A DNA stretch of 64,000 bases from an uncultured bacterium (GTDB lineage Bacteria; Patescibacteriota; Minisyncoccia; UBA6257; GWB1-50-10): NCBI GenBank assembly GCA_963768835.1, contig CAVYJB010000002.1, positions 208,223-272,222 on the forward strand, in the 5' to 3' direction. How positions within the stretch are numbered: position 1 is the first letter of the stretch; each line of letters opens with the position of its first letter. The notes under the pieces were generated by a model. That model did not search any database. It saw only the letters and a program-made list of their open reading frames with translations, and had not been told where the DNA came from. Positions 28,055 to 37,255 of the stretch are shown here, piece by piece. The position numbers and the translations under genes are program-made.

Positions 28055-28823
28055 GACGGGCCTGAAAGAGCGCATCCGCGCGTATTGGGACGCCTCGCCC
28101 TGCGGAACGCTCGGAGACGTGCCGCAAGACCCGGACCGTGCCTATTTCGAGGGTGTGCGGGAGCGACGGTATCGTCTGGAGCCTTGGAGTGACCGAGGTA
28201 TATCGGGGGAGACGATCCGGGGTAAACGAGTGCTTGAGATCGGGTGCGGGTTGGGCACGGACGGGGGTGAGCTTGTACGTCGAGGCGCCACCTACACCGC
28301 CATTGACGCATCAGGGGAATCCTTGGAGCTTGCGCGACGCTTTTTCTCGCTCGAGGGGTTTGCGGGCACTTTCGTGCAGGCCGATGCCGAGCGCTTGCCT
28401 TTCCCTGATGCCAGCTTCGAGTTCGTATATTCGTGGGGCGTCTTGCATCACACGCCCGATATCCGGAAGGCCATCGCGGAAGTGCAACGGGTCCTTGTGC
28501 CAAACGGCAGTTTCTGCATCATGCTCTATAACCGGTGCTCACTCGTCGGCTTCCAGCTCTGGGCCCTCCATGGTCTCCTGCGTGGGAAACCATTCGTTTC
28601 CTGGCGAACGCTTTTTGCTGAACACCACGAAAGCCCTGGTACGCAGGCATTCACTAGACATGAGATGCGAGAACTTTTCCATGATTTTTCATCCGCGAAG
28701 CTTTGCACGGTTGTGACGCCCTATGACGCGCGCGTTGCCCATCGGCGATTTCTTCCGAAACCGCTGCGCGTGCTCATCCCCCGCTCGCTCGGATTCTTCC
28801 ATGTCATGAGCGGAACGAAGTAA
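28041..28823 (+). CDS. Class I SAM-dependent methyltransferase (paralogue of 8704..9630)
   Basis: 'VLEIGCGLGTDGGEL...YTAIDAS' and 'DASFEFVYSWGVLHH'. Confidence 0.6.
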   Translation: MADTKTGLKERIRAYWDASPCGTLGDVPQDPDRAYFEGVRERRYRLEPWSDRGISGETIRGKRVLEIGCGLGTDGGELVRRGATYTAIDASGESLELARRFFSLEGFAGTFVQADAERLPFPDASFEFVYSWGVLHHTPDIRKAIAEVQRVLVPNGSFCIMLYNRCSLVGFQLWALHGLLRGKPFVSWRTLFAEHHESPGTQAFTRHEMRELFHDFSSAKLCTVVTPYDARVAHRRFLPKPLRVLIPRSLGFFHVMSGTK

Positions 28824-28849
28824 GAAAAATACCGGCTTCTCGCCGGTTG

Positions 28850-30076
28850 TTATTTTCTAACCACCGAAGTGAGAAGTTCGTGGAGTTTCACCGCGATGAC
28901 CCGCCGGTCATAGTGTTTTTCCGCGTATAGTCTCCCGTTTTTCCCCAGCTCTTTCGCTTCCTTCGGGTCTCGGTATACGCGGAGTATGGTTTCCGCGAGT
29001 GCTTTGGGATCCTCCGGATGGATGACGAACCCGCATTCCGCCGCGCGGATGATTGCGGCGCCCTCGCCGTTGATGTTGATGACGACCGGGCGTTCGGCTC
29101 CCATGTAGTCGAACATCTTCGACGGGATAACATCCTTGAAGAGCGGCATGTTCTTGTAGGGGATGATCGCGAGCCCCGCGCGGGCAGCGAAGGCTGGCAT
29201 TTCTTCGCGCGGTCGTCCACCGGTGAAGATAACGTTCGAAAGGCCGTATTTCTTAGTAAGCGTCTCGCACCCCGCCTTCTTTGCGCCCTCTCCCACGATA
29301 AGGAAGACAATATCCCTTTCGTTCTTCAATATATTTGCGGCCTCGATGATTATTTCCGGAGCTTGCGCAAGCCCCAGGAGACCCGTATAAAGCGCGACGA
29401 ACTTCCCCGCGAGGTTATAGCGGGCATCCACGGTTGCGTGGTCCGCATCCGGCGTGAAAAGGTCGAGATCCGCGCCGTTCGTGATAAGCGCAAGCTTGTC
29501 CTCCGGCACGCCCTTCTCGGTGACAAGGCGGCGACCGATGCCTTCCGCGTTTACCGCGACCCGCGCGCTTGCGCGGTAGGCCTTCCGTTCGAACCGCTCC
29601 ATCAAACGAAAGAAAAGGTTTTTTCGGAGCATGCCGACCGCGAACGCGGACTCAGGCCAAATGTCGCGGATATCCGCGACAAGCGGCACGCGTCGGAGTT
29701 TCGCGATGACGTATCCGGCAAAGAGGACGGGTAGGGGTGGGGAGGAGGCAAAAATGACGTCGGGCTTCGGAACGCGCAGTCCCGCAAGCGTGGCCGACTT
29801 GAAGAACGAGCCGTACATCATGATGCGGTCCAGGAAACCTCTCCGTGGGGTGATCCAAACCCATGTACGCACGACCGTGACGCCATTCTCCTGCGTTTTT
29901 GAGAAAAGCCTATTTTTGTATCCGGGGAAAAGAACGCCCTTCGGGTAGTTCGGTGGCTCACAGATGACCGTGACCTCGTCGCCCAGCTCGGTGAGAAGCT
30001 TCGAAAAGGACCCGTGTCGGTGTGCCGGCGCGTTCGTTTCGGGGGGGAAGAATTGAGTGAGGAGGAGAACTTTCAT
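28850..30076 (-). CDS. Glycosyltransferase family 1 (GT4)
   Basis: 'MKVLLLTQFFPPETNAPAHR' is the canonical GT4 N-terminus. Start placed at that Met (30076) rather than at the 15-codon longer track start. Divergent from 30115 (+). Confidence 0.6.
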   Translation of the reverse strand: MKVLLLTQFFPPETNAPAHRHGSFSKLLTELGDEVTVICEPPNYPKGVLFPGYKNRLFSKTQENGVTVVRTWVWITPRRGFLDRIMMYGSFFKSATLAGLRVPKPDVIFASSPPLPVLFAGYVIAKLRRVPLVADIRDIWPESAFAVGMLRKNLFFRLMERFERKAYRASARVAVNAEGIGRRLVTEKGVPEDKLALITNGADLDLFTPDADHATVDARYNLAGKFVALYTGLLGLAQAPEIIIEAANILKNERDIVFLIVGEGAKKAGCETLTKKYGLSNVIFTGGRPREEMPAFAARAGLAIIPYKNMPLFKDVIPSKMFDYMGAERPVVININGEGAAIIRAAECGFVIHPEDPKALAETILRVYRDPKEAKELGKNGRLYAEKHYDRRVIAVKLHELLTSVVRK

Positions 30077-30114
30077 TTTTGCGCTTTCCCTTCTTTTAGT
30101 TATAATGCAGCTGC

Positions 30115-31359
30115 ATGTCAATCCGTAGGATTTCCGTCATCGGTCTCGGATATATGGGGCTTCCCATGGCTGCGCTTCTCGCGCAGGCAGGCTTTTCCGT
30201 TACGGGCGTGGATATTGATGCCAAGAGGGTACAGATGCTTCGGGAGGGAAAGGTGCCGTTTGACGAGCCGGGTTTCCCTGAACTTTTCAAACAAAGCTTC
30301 TCCCGGCTCGTATTTTCGAGGAAACCCGTTCCTTCGGACGCGTTCATTATAGCAGTGCCAACGCCCATCACGAAGCGGCGCACCATCGATCTCACTTTCG
30401 TCACGGCAGCGGTCCATTCCCTCGCACCCGTTCTCCGAAACGGGAACCTCGTGGTTATCGAATCCACTGTCGGTCCCGGTTCCTGCGCCGCAGCCGTAAA
30501 ACCCATCCTCGATCGGACCGGCAAACGCTATCTTCTTGCTTACTGCCCCGAACGCGCTTTTCCTGGGAAAACGCTCTATGAAATGGTCCACAATGACCGC
30601 ATTGTGGGCGGGATGAGCGCAACGTCCTCCGAAGCGGCCCGCGGTCTCTACAAGAAGTTCGTCAAGGGAAATATCTTTGTCACCGACATCGAAACTGCGG
30701 AGACGGTCAAGGTACTCGAGAATTCCTACCGCGACGTGAATATTGCTTTTGCGAACGAGGTTGCGAGGATGGCGCACACAATTGGCATCGATATCTGGGA
30801 GGTGATTCGGCTCGCGAACCGGCATCCACGCGTGGACATTATGCAGCCAGGTCCTGGCGTTGGCGGGCACTGCATCCCCATCGACCCGTGGTTCCTGGTG
30901 GAGAAAGGGAAGAAGGACGCAAAACTCATTCGTCGTTCTCTTCTTGTGAACGAAGGGATGCCGCACTTCGTGGTGGATCTTATGGAGCGGGCAGCGCGGA
31001 AGTATAAGTTAAAACCAAAGAATATTGCGATCCTGGGCGTCGCCTACAAAAAGAACGTGGATGATACCCGTGAAACTCCCGCGGAGCGAATCATCGAGAG
31101 ACTCCATGAGCTGCGGTACTCTGTCCGGTGTGCCGACCCTCTCGTGAAGCATTTCTATGAGCCGCTCTTTGGAGCGAAGGAGGCGCTTGCCTGGGCCGAC
31201 GCGGCCATTCTGGTCACTGACCACGACGCATTCCGGAAACTTTCCTTTACGCACCCAAAACTGAAGCTTGTGGTAGATACCCGCAACGCGCTAACTGAGG
31301 GGCAGCGGAAGCAACTCCGTCGCAAGAAAGTCGTCACGTTGGGGAAGGGTGTACAATAA
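30115..31359 (+). CDS. Nucleotide-sugar dehydrogenase, UDP-ManNAc / UDP-GlcNAc 6-dehydrogenase family (WecC/WbpA-like)
   Basis: 'ISVIGLGYMGLPMAALLAQAGFSVTGVDIDAKRV' Rossmann motif, and 'GGHCIPIDP' containing the catalytic Cys. Confidence 0.75.
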   Translation: MSIRRISVIGLGYMGLPMAALLAQAGFSVTGVDIDAKRVQMLREGKVPFDEPGFPELFKQSFSRLVFSRKPVPSDAFIIAVPTPITKRRTIDLTFVTAAVHSLAPVLRNGNLVVIESTVGPGSCAAAVKPILDRTGKRYLLAYCPERAFPGKTLYEMVHNDRIVGGMSATSSEAARGLYKKFVKGNIFVTDIETAETVKVLENSYRDVNIAFANEVARMAHTIGIDIWEVIRLANRHPRVDIMQPGPGVGGHCIPIDPWFLVEKGKKDAKLIRRSLLVNEGMPHFVVDLMERAARKYKLKPKNIAILGVAYKKNVDDTRETPAERIIERLHELRYSVRCADPLVKHFYEPLFGAKEALAWADAAILVTDHDAFRKLSFTHPKLKLVVDTRNALTEGQRKQLRRKKVVTLGKGVQ

Positions 31360-31365
31360 GTTGGT

Positions 31366-33534
31366 ATGAAGCAGGTATTCCAAAATCCGAAGTCCGGGAA
31401 GACGAACGTCGAGGATGTCGCAGCGCCCTCGGTGAGCCATGGCCGCGTGCTAGTCCGGAACCACTACTCCGTCATCTCCGCCGGAACCGAGCGGAGTATT
31501 ATCGAACTCTCGAAAAAGAGCGCGCTTGAGAAAGCCAAGGAGCGCCCGGACTACGTGCAGAAGTTCTTCCGCACGGTCCAGACCAAAGGGATCTTCGCTG
31601 CATGGCAAATGGTGCAGGCGAAGCTCTCGGTTCCTATCGCACTTGGCTACTCCTCCGCGGGTGAGGTGCTTGAGGCGGGGAGCGGCGTTGAAATGATAAA
31701 ACCCGGTGACCGCGTCGCGTGTGCAGGGCAGGACCACGCGTCGCACGCGGAGATAGTTTCGGTTCCGAAGAACTTAGTAGCGAAGATCCCGGAGGGTGTC
31801 GCGGATGATGAAGCGGCTTTTACCACACTTGGCGCCATTGCGCTTCAAGGTATCCGGCAGGCGGAGCTTACACCAGGGGAAAACGTAGCTGTGGTGGGGC
31901 TGGGGCTCCTAGGCCAGATTGGTGTTCGCATGCTCAAGTCTTACGGTCACCCCGTGCTAGGAATCGACGTGAACCCCGCGCAGGTGGCATTCGCGGAGAA
32001 GAACGGTCTTAACCAAGGATGCGTTCTGGGGCAGGACGACCCTGTGGCGGTTAGCCAGCGATTCACAGACGGCCGTGGGGTAGACGCTGTTATTATCTAT
32101 GCGAGCTCGAAAAGTGACGAACCCTTGAAGCTCGCGGTTTCCATTTCCCGCGAGAAGGGCCGCGTGGTGCAGGTGGGAAGCGTCCTCGCGAACATCCCCT
32201 GGCGTGATTTTTACCAGAAAGAGCTGGCGTTCTTTTCCTCCCGCTCCTACGGCCCGGGCCGTTATGACCGGCGCTACGAGGAAGGCGGGGAGGATTATCC
32301 CGTGGGCTATGTACGGTGGACGGAGCAGCGGAACATGGAGGAGTTCCTGCGCCTTCTTGCGGAAAAGCGCGTGAATGTCCGCGATCTTGTGACGAAAACT
32401 TTCCCCATTGCGGAGGCGGAGGCGGGGTATCGCTTTATCTTCGAATCGCAGCAACTGGTGCACGGCGTTCTTCTCTCGTACCCGGAGGGGCGACTTGCAG
32501 AAACAACCCTTCGCATTACGGAGCCTGTGCAGGGGGCGCTCGTGCCGCAGCAAAGCGTGCGAGTCGGGATCGTGGGTGTTGGGGCTTTTATGACGGGGAC
32601 CGTAGTGCCGCTCCTCAAGAAGATGAAGGACGTCTCCGTGCGCGCCGTCTGCGATTCACGCGGGCTTATTGCGAAGAATTTTGCTACCGCACTCGGCGCG
32701 GAGTACACCACCTCGGATTACCACAAGGTCCTCGAGGACCGCGCGGTGGATCTTATCGTCTGCGCGACGCGTCACAGTTCGCACGCAGCCATCGCGGAGG
32801 CGGCGCTCGCGGCGGGCAAAAGCATCTATGTCGAGAAGCCGCTCGCGCTGAACTCCGAGGAGCTTGAGAATGTGCTTCAGGTTGCGGCGTCGTCGAAGGG
32901 GCGACTCCTTGTTGGGTTTAACCGCAGATTCTCGCTGCATGTCCGAAAAACCCGCGAGGCGTTCTTGAAACGAACCACCCCGGTCCAGATGCTCTACCGC
33001 GTGAACGCGGGGCCGCTCGACAAGGATTTCTGGGGTTATGATCCTAAGGAGGGTGGCCGTATCCTTGGTGAAGGTTGCCACTTTGTGGATACGCTCCAGT
33101 ACATCGTCGGCGCGCCGGCGGTGCGAGTAAGCGCAACTGCGGTGCCGGTCCAGGGCGCGGTCACTCATGAAGAGAACTTCACTGTGACCATTGAGTATGC
33201 GGATGGGTCCCAAGGAACTATCGTCTACACCGCGCTCGGGAACTTCCGGGCGCCGAAGGAGTACTTCGAAGTTTATGGCGGGGGGACCGTCTGCAAAGTA
33301 GACGATTTCAAAACGGGAAGCATCATGCGACCCTCGGGTACGGAGAAACTAAACCTCTGGAAGCAGGACAAGGGCTATGCCGCGGAACTCTCCGCGTTCC
33401 TAGACGCGCTCCGGAGCGGCGCGCGCTCACCGATGCCGCTTGAGGACATCCGCACGGTCCACGAAACCACCTTCGCCATCCTTGAGTCCCTCCGAACCGG
33501 AAAGCCGGTCACCGTCCATGGGCGGGCGGCTTGA
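31366..33534 (+). CDS. Bi-domain oxidoreductase: N-terminal MDR/zinc-type alcohol dehydrogenase fold fused to a C-terminal Gfo/Idh/MocA-family oxidoreductase
   Basis: N-terminal 'VISAGTERS' and 'VVGLGLLGQIGVRM' indicate the MDR fold. C-terminal 'VRVGIVGVGAFMTGTVVP' and 'VDLIVCATRHSSHAAIAEAALAAGKSIYVEKPLA' are GFO_IDH_MocA hallmarks. Confidence 0.6.
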   Translation: MKQVFQNPKSGKTNVEDVAAPSVSHGRVLVRNHYSVISAGTERSIIELSKKSALEKAKERPDYVQKFFRTVQTKGIFAAWQMVQAKLSVPIALGYSSAGEVLEAGSGVEMIKPGDRVACAGQDHASHAEIVSVPKNLVAKIPEGVADDEAAFTTLGAIALQGIRQAELTPGENVAVVGLGLLGQIGVRMLKSYGHPVLGIDVNPAQVAFAEKNGLNQGCVLGQDDPVAVSQRFTDGRGVDAVIIYASSKSDEPLKLAVSISREKGRVVQVGSVLANIPWRDFYQKELAFFSSRSYGPGRYDRRYEEGGEDYPVGYVRWTEQRNMEEFLRLLAEKRVNVRDLVTKTFPIAEAEAGYRFIFESQQLVHGVLLSYPEGRLAETTLRITEPVQGALVPQQSVRVGIVGVGAFMTGTVVPLLKKMKDVSVRAVCDSRGLIAKNFATALGAEYTTSDYHKVLEDRAVDLIVCATRHSSHAAIAEAALAAGKSIYVEKPLALNSEELENVLQVAASSKGRLLVGFNRRFSLHVRKTREAFLKRTTPVQMLYRVNAGPLDKDFWGYDPKEGGRILGEGCHFVDTLQYIVGAPAVRVSATAVPVQGAVTHEENFTVTIEYADGSQGTIVYTALGNFRAPKEYFEVYGGGTVCKVDDFKTGSIMRPSGTEKLNLWKQDKGYAAELSAFLDALRSGARSPMPLEDIRTVHETTFAILESLRTGKPVTVHGRAA

Positions 33535-34492
33535 TTACTGGAGGCGTATCGCTTCGGTCTACCTCTTAGGGGCGCCGAGCGCGGTCACATTTTGGCACGA
33601 AAAACCTGCCGTGTCGGAGGGCGTGGATATGCATTCTCTCGGGGCCTATTACATGACCTTCGCGGATAAAGCGCGCTATACGGGGCCACGCGACGAGAAA
33701 GGCGTTATCAAGTTGGATTATCACGGATCTATCGGTGTGCGGTACAACCCTATCGCCGTTGCGCAGTACGGCCTCGCGCATTGGAATCTTTTCTTGAAAA
33801 CAAAAGATCACAGGCATTTAACCGAGGCGACGGCACAAGCGGATTGGTTGGTGGGGAATCTCGAGGAGAACGAAAAAGGCGTGCCGGTCTGGAAACATCG
33901 CTTCGCGTGGCGGTATGCGCAAGAACTCAAGCCCGGGTGGTACTCAGGACTCGCCCAAGGGAGTGGCATCTCGCTTCTCTCGCGCATCTACACCGCGACA
34001 AAGGATGAAAAGTACCGCGCGGCTGCGCAACGTGCCTTCCGAGCGTTCGTCACCAATGTGAAGGATGGGGGAGTGCAGGTGAAGGATGAGGAAGGCAACC
34101 TCTGGCTCGAAGAGTACATCGTTAAGCCACCGACCCATATCCTGAATGGTTTTCTCTGGACGCTCTGGGGTGTCTGGGATTACTGGCTTTTGACCGGTGA
34201 CAAGGTTGCGCACGATCTTTTTGACCGCTGCATCGCGACGCTCAAAACGAATCTCCCGCGCTACGATATCGGATTTTGGTCTCTCTATGATCTCTCGGAG
34301 CAGAATCTCAAGATGGTCGCCAGCCCTTTCTACCACCATCTGCATGTAGTCCAGCTTGGTGTCACACACATTCTAACCAGCGAGGAGGTGTTCGGGTTAT
34401 ACGCCAAGCGCTGGAGTCGTTATGCGCTAAATCCTCTCTACTTTGGCCTCGCGGTTGCCTACAAAGCGTTCTTTAAGATTTTTTATTTCTAA
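33518..34492 (+). CDS. D-glucuronyl C5-epimerase C-terminal-domain-like protein
   Basis: 'PGWYSGLAQGSGISLLSRIYTAT' resembles the 'WYSAMAQGQAIS' core of the C5-epimerase C-terminal domain. Start chosen at ATG 33518, which overlaps the upstream stop by 17 nt. An alternative start is Met at 33623. Confidence 0.45.
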   Translation: MGGRLDYWRRIASVYLLGAPSAVTFWHEKPAVSEGVDMHSLGAYYMTFADKARYTGPRDEKGVIKLDYHGSIGVRYNPIAVAQYGLAHWNLFLKTKDHRHLTEATAQADWLVGNLEENEKGVPVWKHRFAWRYAQELKPGWYSGLAQGSGISLLSRIYTATKDEKYRAAAQRAFRAFVTNVKDGGVQVKDEEGNLWLEEYIVKPPTHILNGFLWTLWGVWDYWLLTGDKVAHDLFDRCIATLKTNLPRYDIGFWSLYDLSEQNLKMVASPFYHHLHVVQLGVTHILTSEEVFGLYAKRWSRYALNPLYFGLAVAYKAFFKIFYF

Positions 34493-34503
34493 CCCCCGCT
34501 CAT

Positions 34504-35055
34504 ATGCCGAAGAAGAATATTGAAATAGAGTATCGCGCGCGTTTTGACGAGAAGAAACACATTGAGCTTCAAAAATTCTTGAGCGCAAAAGCGCAGGATT
34601 TAGGGCAGGACGACAAGGATGTCTATTTCTTTCTATTTCCGGACAAGCTCGTGAAGACGGTGAATAATATATCAAAGAAGACCGCGAAGATCGTTCTAAA
34701 ACTGAATAAGATTGGCAAGGGAAGCATTTTCGAGGAAATTGAGATTCCCATCAATTCAGGAGACTTCGATAAAGCGACAAGGCTTTTTGTCGCGCTTGAG
34801 ACGGGCGAGTATATGCACTCGTTCCAGAAACGGCACAACTATCTCTATAAAGGCGTTGAACTAGCGCTGAAGTGGAGCGAGACGTGGGGCTATCATCTGG
34901 AACTCGAAATTGTCATGGATGATGCCGAGGGGAAAGGAGATGCCGAAAGAAAGATATCCGCAGTTGCAGAAGAGTTAGGGATTAAAACCATGACAGACCA
35001 AGAGCTTTCGGAGTTTACGCAGGCTGCGGAGGCGGAATACAAGAAGCAGAAATGA
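34504..35055 (+). CDS. CYTH-domain protein (triphosphate tunnel metalloenzyme / CyaB-like)
   Basis: N-terminal 'NIEIEYRARF' matches the ExExK/R opening beta-strand signature of CYTH. Basic/acidic residues alternate along predicted beta-strands. The gene is low-GC. Confidence 0.4.
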   Translation: MPKKNIEIEYRARFDEKKHIELQKFLSAKAQDLGQDDKDVYFFLFPDKLVKTVNNISKKTAKIVLKLNKIGKGSIFEEIEIPINSGDFDKATRLFVALETGEYMHSFQKRHNYLYKGVELALKWSETWGYHLELEIVMDDAEGKGDAERKISAVAEELGIKTMTDQELSEFTQAAEAEYKKQK

Positions 35056-36005
35056 ACAAGATTTTGGACTCTACGAACTTTGTCGTTCAGGACTCCCGTT
35101 CTGTGAAAATCAACAGAATAAAGGTCTCTGAATTCTCGAAGATTTTCAAGCAGGAGGAAACTAATGACTTACTGAGCCAGGCCCCATTCGATTTTTCGGG
35201 ATTCAGTGACGATGAAAGGTTTAGATTTACACTCATCTTCCAGTCGATCAATTTCTGTTATTGGGGTGACCCCAAGTGGACAATTGAGCACGATGGGAAA
35301 CTCTACGATGGTGCTTGGGGCATGGTCGTCGCGCTGGGGCAAGGTATCCGAGATGGGTTTCCACTTCTCGACTTTAGGTATTGCTCGAAGATAACCAAAG
35401 ACGACCTTGGAAGAATTTTGCGGGCGAACACCGAGATTCCGCTGTTCGAAGAACGCTGGCGAATCCTCCAAGAGATTGGGTTGGTGATGTTAAGTAAATA
35501 CGAAGAGGGGTTAACCTCGCTTGTCGCTAATTCAAACTCCGATGCCGCAAGACTACTCGATGTGATCGTGCGGGATTTTCCTTCATTTAGAGATAGCTCA
35601 AGCTATCGGGGGCGAGAGGTGTTTTTCCAGAAGAGGGCTCAGCTGCTTATTACGGATCTTTGTCAGATGTTGAAGAGACAGGGTGTTATGCTCAAAAACA
35701 TTGATCAACTTACTGCTTGTGCAGACTACAAGCTCCCGCAGATTATACGACGACTCGGGATACTGGAATATGCCGACCAGCTCGCGAAAACAATCGACAG
35801 TAAGATCGAGCTCCCGCATGGGTCGGATGAGGAGGTCGAGATACGCGCTAACACCATTTGGGCAGTGGAGTATATGAAAGAAGAGATACAGAGACAAAGT
35901 CCAGATGTCACTTCAATGGAGATCGACGGTTATCTGTGGCAAGCCAGCCAGGAAAAGCCGGTTGACGAGAAGCCTTATCATCGAACAAGGACAACGGCAT
36001 ATTAG
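35052..36005 (+). CDS. Queuosine-salvage family (DUF2419/Qng1-like) protein
   Basis: 'FQSINFCYWGDPKWTIEHDGKLYDGAWGMVVAL' resembles the conserved core of the Q_salvage family. Low-GC gene that overlaps the stop of the upstream CYTH gene. Confidence 0.4.
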   Translation: MNKILDSTNFVVQDSRSVKINRIKVSEFSKIFKQEETNDLLSQAPFDFSGFSDDERFRFTLIFQSINFCYWGDPKWTIEHDGKLYDGAWGMVVALGQGIRDGFPLLDFRYCSKITKDDLGRILRANTEIPLFEERWRILQEIGLVMLSKYEEGLTSLVANSNSDAARLLDVIVRDFPSFRDSSSYRGREVFFQKRAQLLITDLCQMLKRQGVMLKNIDQLTACADYKLPQIIRRLGILEYADQLAKTIDSKIELPHGSDEEVEIRANTIWAVEYMKEEIQRQSPDVTSMEIDGYLWQASQEKPVDEKPYHRTRTTAY

Positions 36006-36029
36006 GCCCGTGGTATCCTTCCTCTAGAC

Positions 36030-36542
36030 ATGACCAATCCTTCCACAACCTGTCCCGGCTGTGGAATTGTGCTACCCGCCGGTTCAATACGAGCGAACGG
36101 GCTCGGCAACCGATCTCCTGAATGCCAGGAACTTTTCCACGAGTTGTCTTTCTACACGCTCGCGCATCCCAAGCCCTCCTTCTTTATCCATCAGTACGCC
36201 GTGGATGCCTACGCGGCGCAGCATGCGGGGCCAAAGACAAAGCCCATAACCGTGGCCTTCGCCCTGACGGGTCTCCATCTTTTCATAACGTATGGGTACT
36301 CGGGCCGAGAGGTCCAGAAGGCGCATATGTACATGGCGAAGCAAAGGAAGGAGTGGCCGACGTTCGCCATCCCGAAAACCAAGGGAGCACTCACGGTTCG
36401 GGATGTGATACAAGCTCCGGCCGGTCCGGAACGTGATAAGGCGATAAAGAACTGGGCTCGGTCGGTCTGGGCCGTATGGAGCGGTGAGCACAAGGCCGTT
36501 GCAGACCTCCTCGTGTCGCTGAACCTCCCGCCCGCTCGTTGA
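36030..36542 (+). CDS. Hypothetical Cys-containing protein (possibly DUF5946-like, zinc-ribbon N-terminus)
   Basis: 'CPGCG...SPEC' is a putative Zn-binding N-terminus. High GC, unlike the two upstream genes. No functional motif recognised. Confidence 0.4.
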   Translation: MTNPSTTCPGCGIVLPAGSIRANGLGNRSPECQELFHELSFYTLAHPKPSFFIHQYAVDAYAAQHAGPKTKPITVAFALTGLHLFITYGYSGREVQKAHMYMAKQRKEWPTFAIPKTKGALTVRDVIQAPAGPERDKAIKNWARSVWAVWSGEHKAVADLLVSLNLPPAR

Positions 36543-36670
36543 CTCCCTATCGGCTAATACGTGCGAATAAGAAAATAAGGGAATCGCTTCGTGATGCAAC
36601 GTTCTTGAAATCAGGATTTCCAGCCTCTACCATTTAGGTAGAGACCTTTCATATTCGGAGGGAAACAGAT

Positions 36671-37255
36671 ATGGGACTCTTATTACTTCTGCTTCTCGTG
36701 GTGCTCTACGCGCGATACTTGTTTGAAGACCTCCCGGAGCATAGAAGAATTCTGAGGTTGCAGGAGGCCGGGCTCAGGGCTACCAATGAGGACTGCGACG
36801 CGAGTGATGCAATGGACAACTGGCGTCTTGCGAATCCCACCATAGGGTTCGGCGACTCTGCGTATGCCCAAGAACTGGTATGGAGACGTATTGCCGCTTG
36901 GCGACGATTCATGGAGACCCACCCGCACGTGCAAGACCGCGGCTTCACCGCTTTTCTCTATTCTCTCCTCGACCAGCGCGGGTCACCGCCACCCGCCCAT
37001 CACTTACCGCTTTCTAAACGGCCTCCTACGGAGGCCGTTCTTTTTATACCTAGCCGAACCACTCGTCGTACCAGAGCGAAAGCGTTACGAGATTCCAGAT
37101 GCGGAAGTTATGCTCCACACCCCGTTCTTGGTGCGCATGGACAAGCGTGTTCACATAGTCGTAGTCGAGGATACCGCGCTCGCGGAGCTTGGAGTTCAGG
37201 ATGGCGTCCACGAAGAGTGGCGCCATTTTTGATTCTGGCTTCAGCCACTCACTAA
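36671..37255 (+). CDS. Hypothetical protein with a hydrophobic N-terminus; the 3' end is doubtful
   Basis: GGAGGG lies 7 nt upstream of the ATG, and the N-terminus 'MGLLLLLLLVVLYARYLF' looks like a signal/TM segment. The first ~110 aa look protein-like. The distal part is R/S/P-rich and overlaps the asnB-like 3' end on the other strand, so a frameshift or artefactual extension is possible. Confidence 0.25.
   Translation: MGLLLLLLLVVLYARYLFEDLPEHRRILRLQEAGLRATNEDCDASDAMDNWRLANPTIGFGDSAYAQELVWRRIAAWRRFMETHPHVQDRGFTAFLYSLLDQRGSPPPAHHLPLSKRPPTEAVLFIPSRTTRRTRAKALRDSRCGSYAPHPVLGAHGQACSHSRSRGYRARGAWSSGWRPRRVAPFLILASATH

Noticed and set aside
33440-33517. 5' extension of the C5-epimerase-like ORF deep into the upstream oxidoreductase
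   Set aside because: The translation (ARSTKPPSPSLSPSEPESR...) is a low-complexity out-of-frame artefact. It was trimmed to ATG 33518, and a further downstream start is possible.
36683-36948. Small minus-strand ORFs (80-83 aa) in the 36.5-37.0 kb gap
   Set aside because: There is no RBS or motif. The + strand ORF 36671 has a good GGAGGG RBS and a signal-like N-terminus, so the + strand was preferred, although at low confidence.
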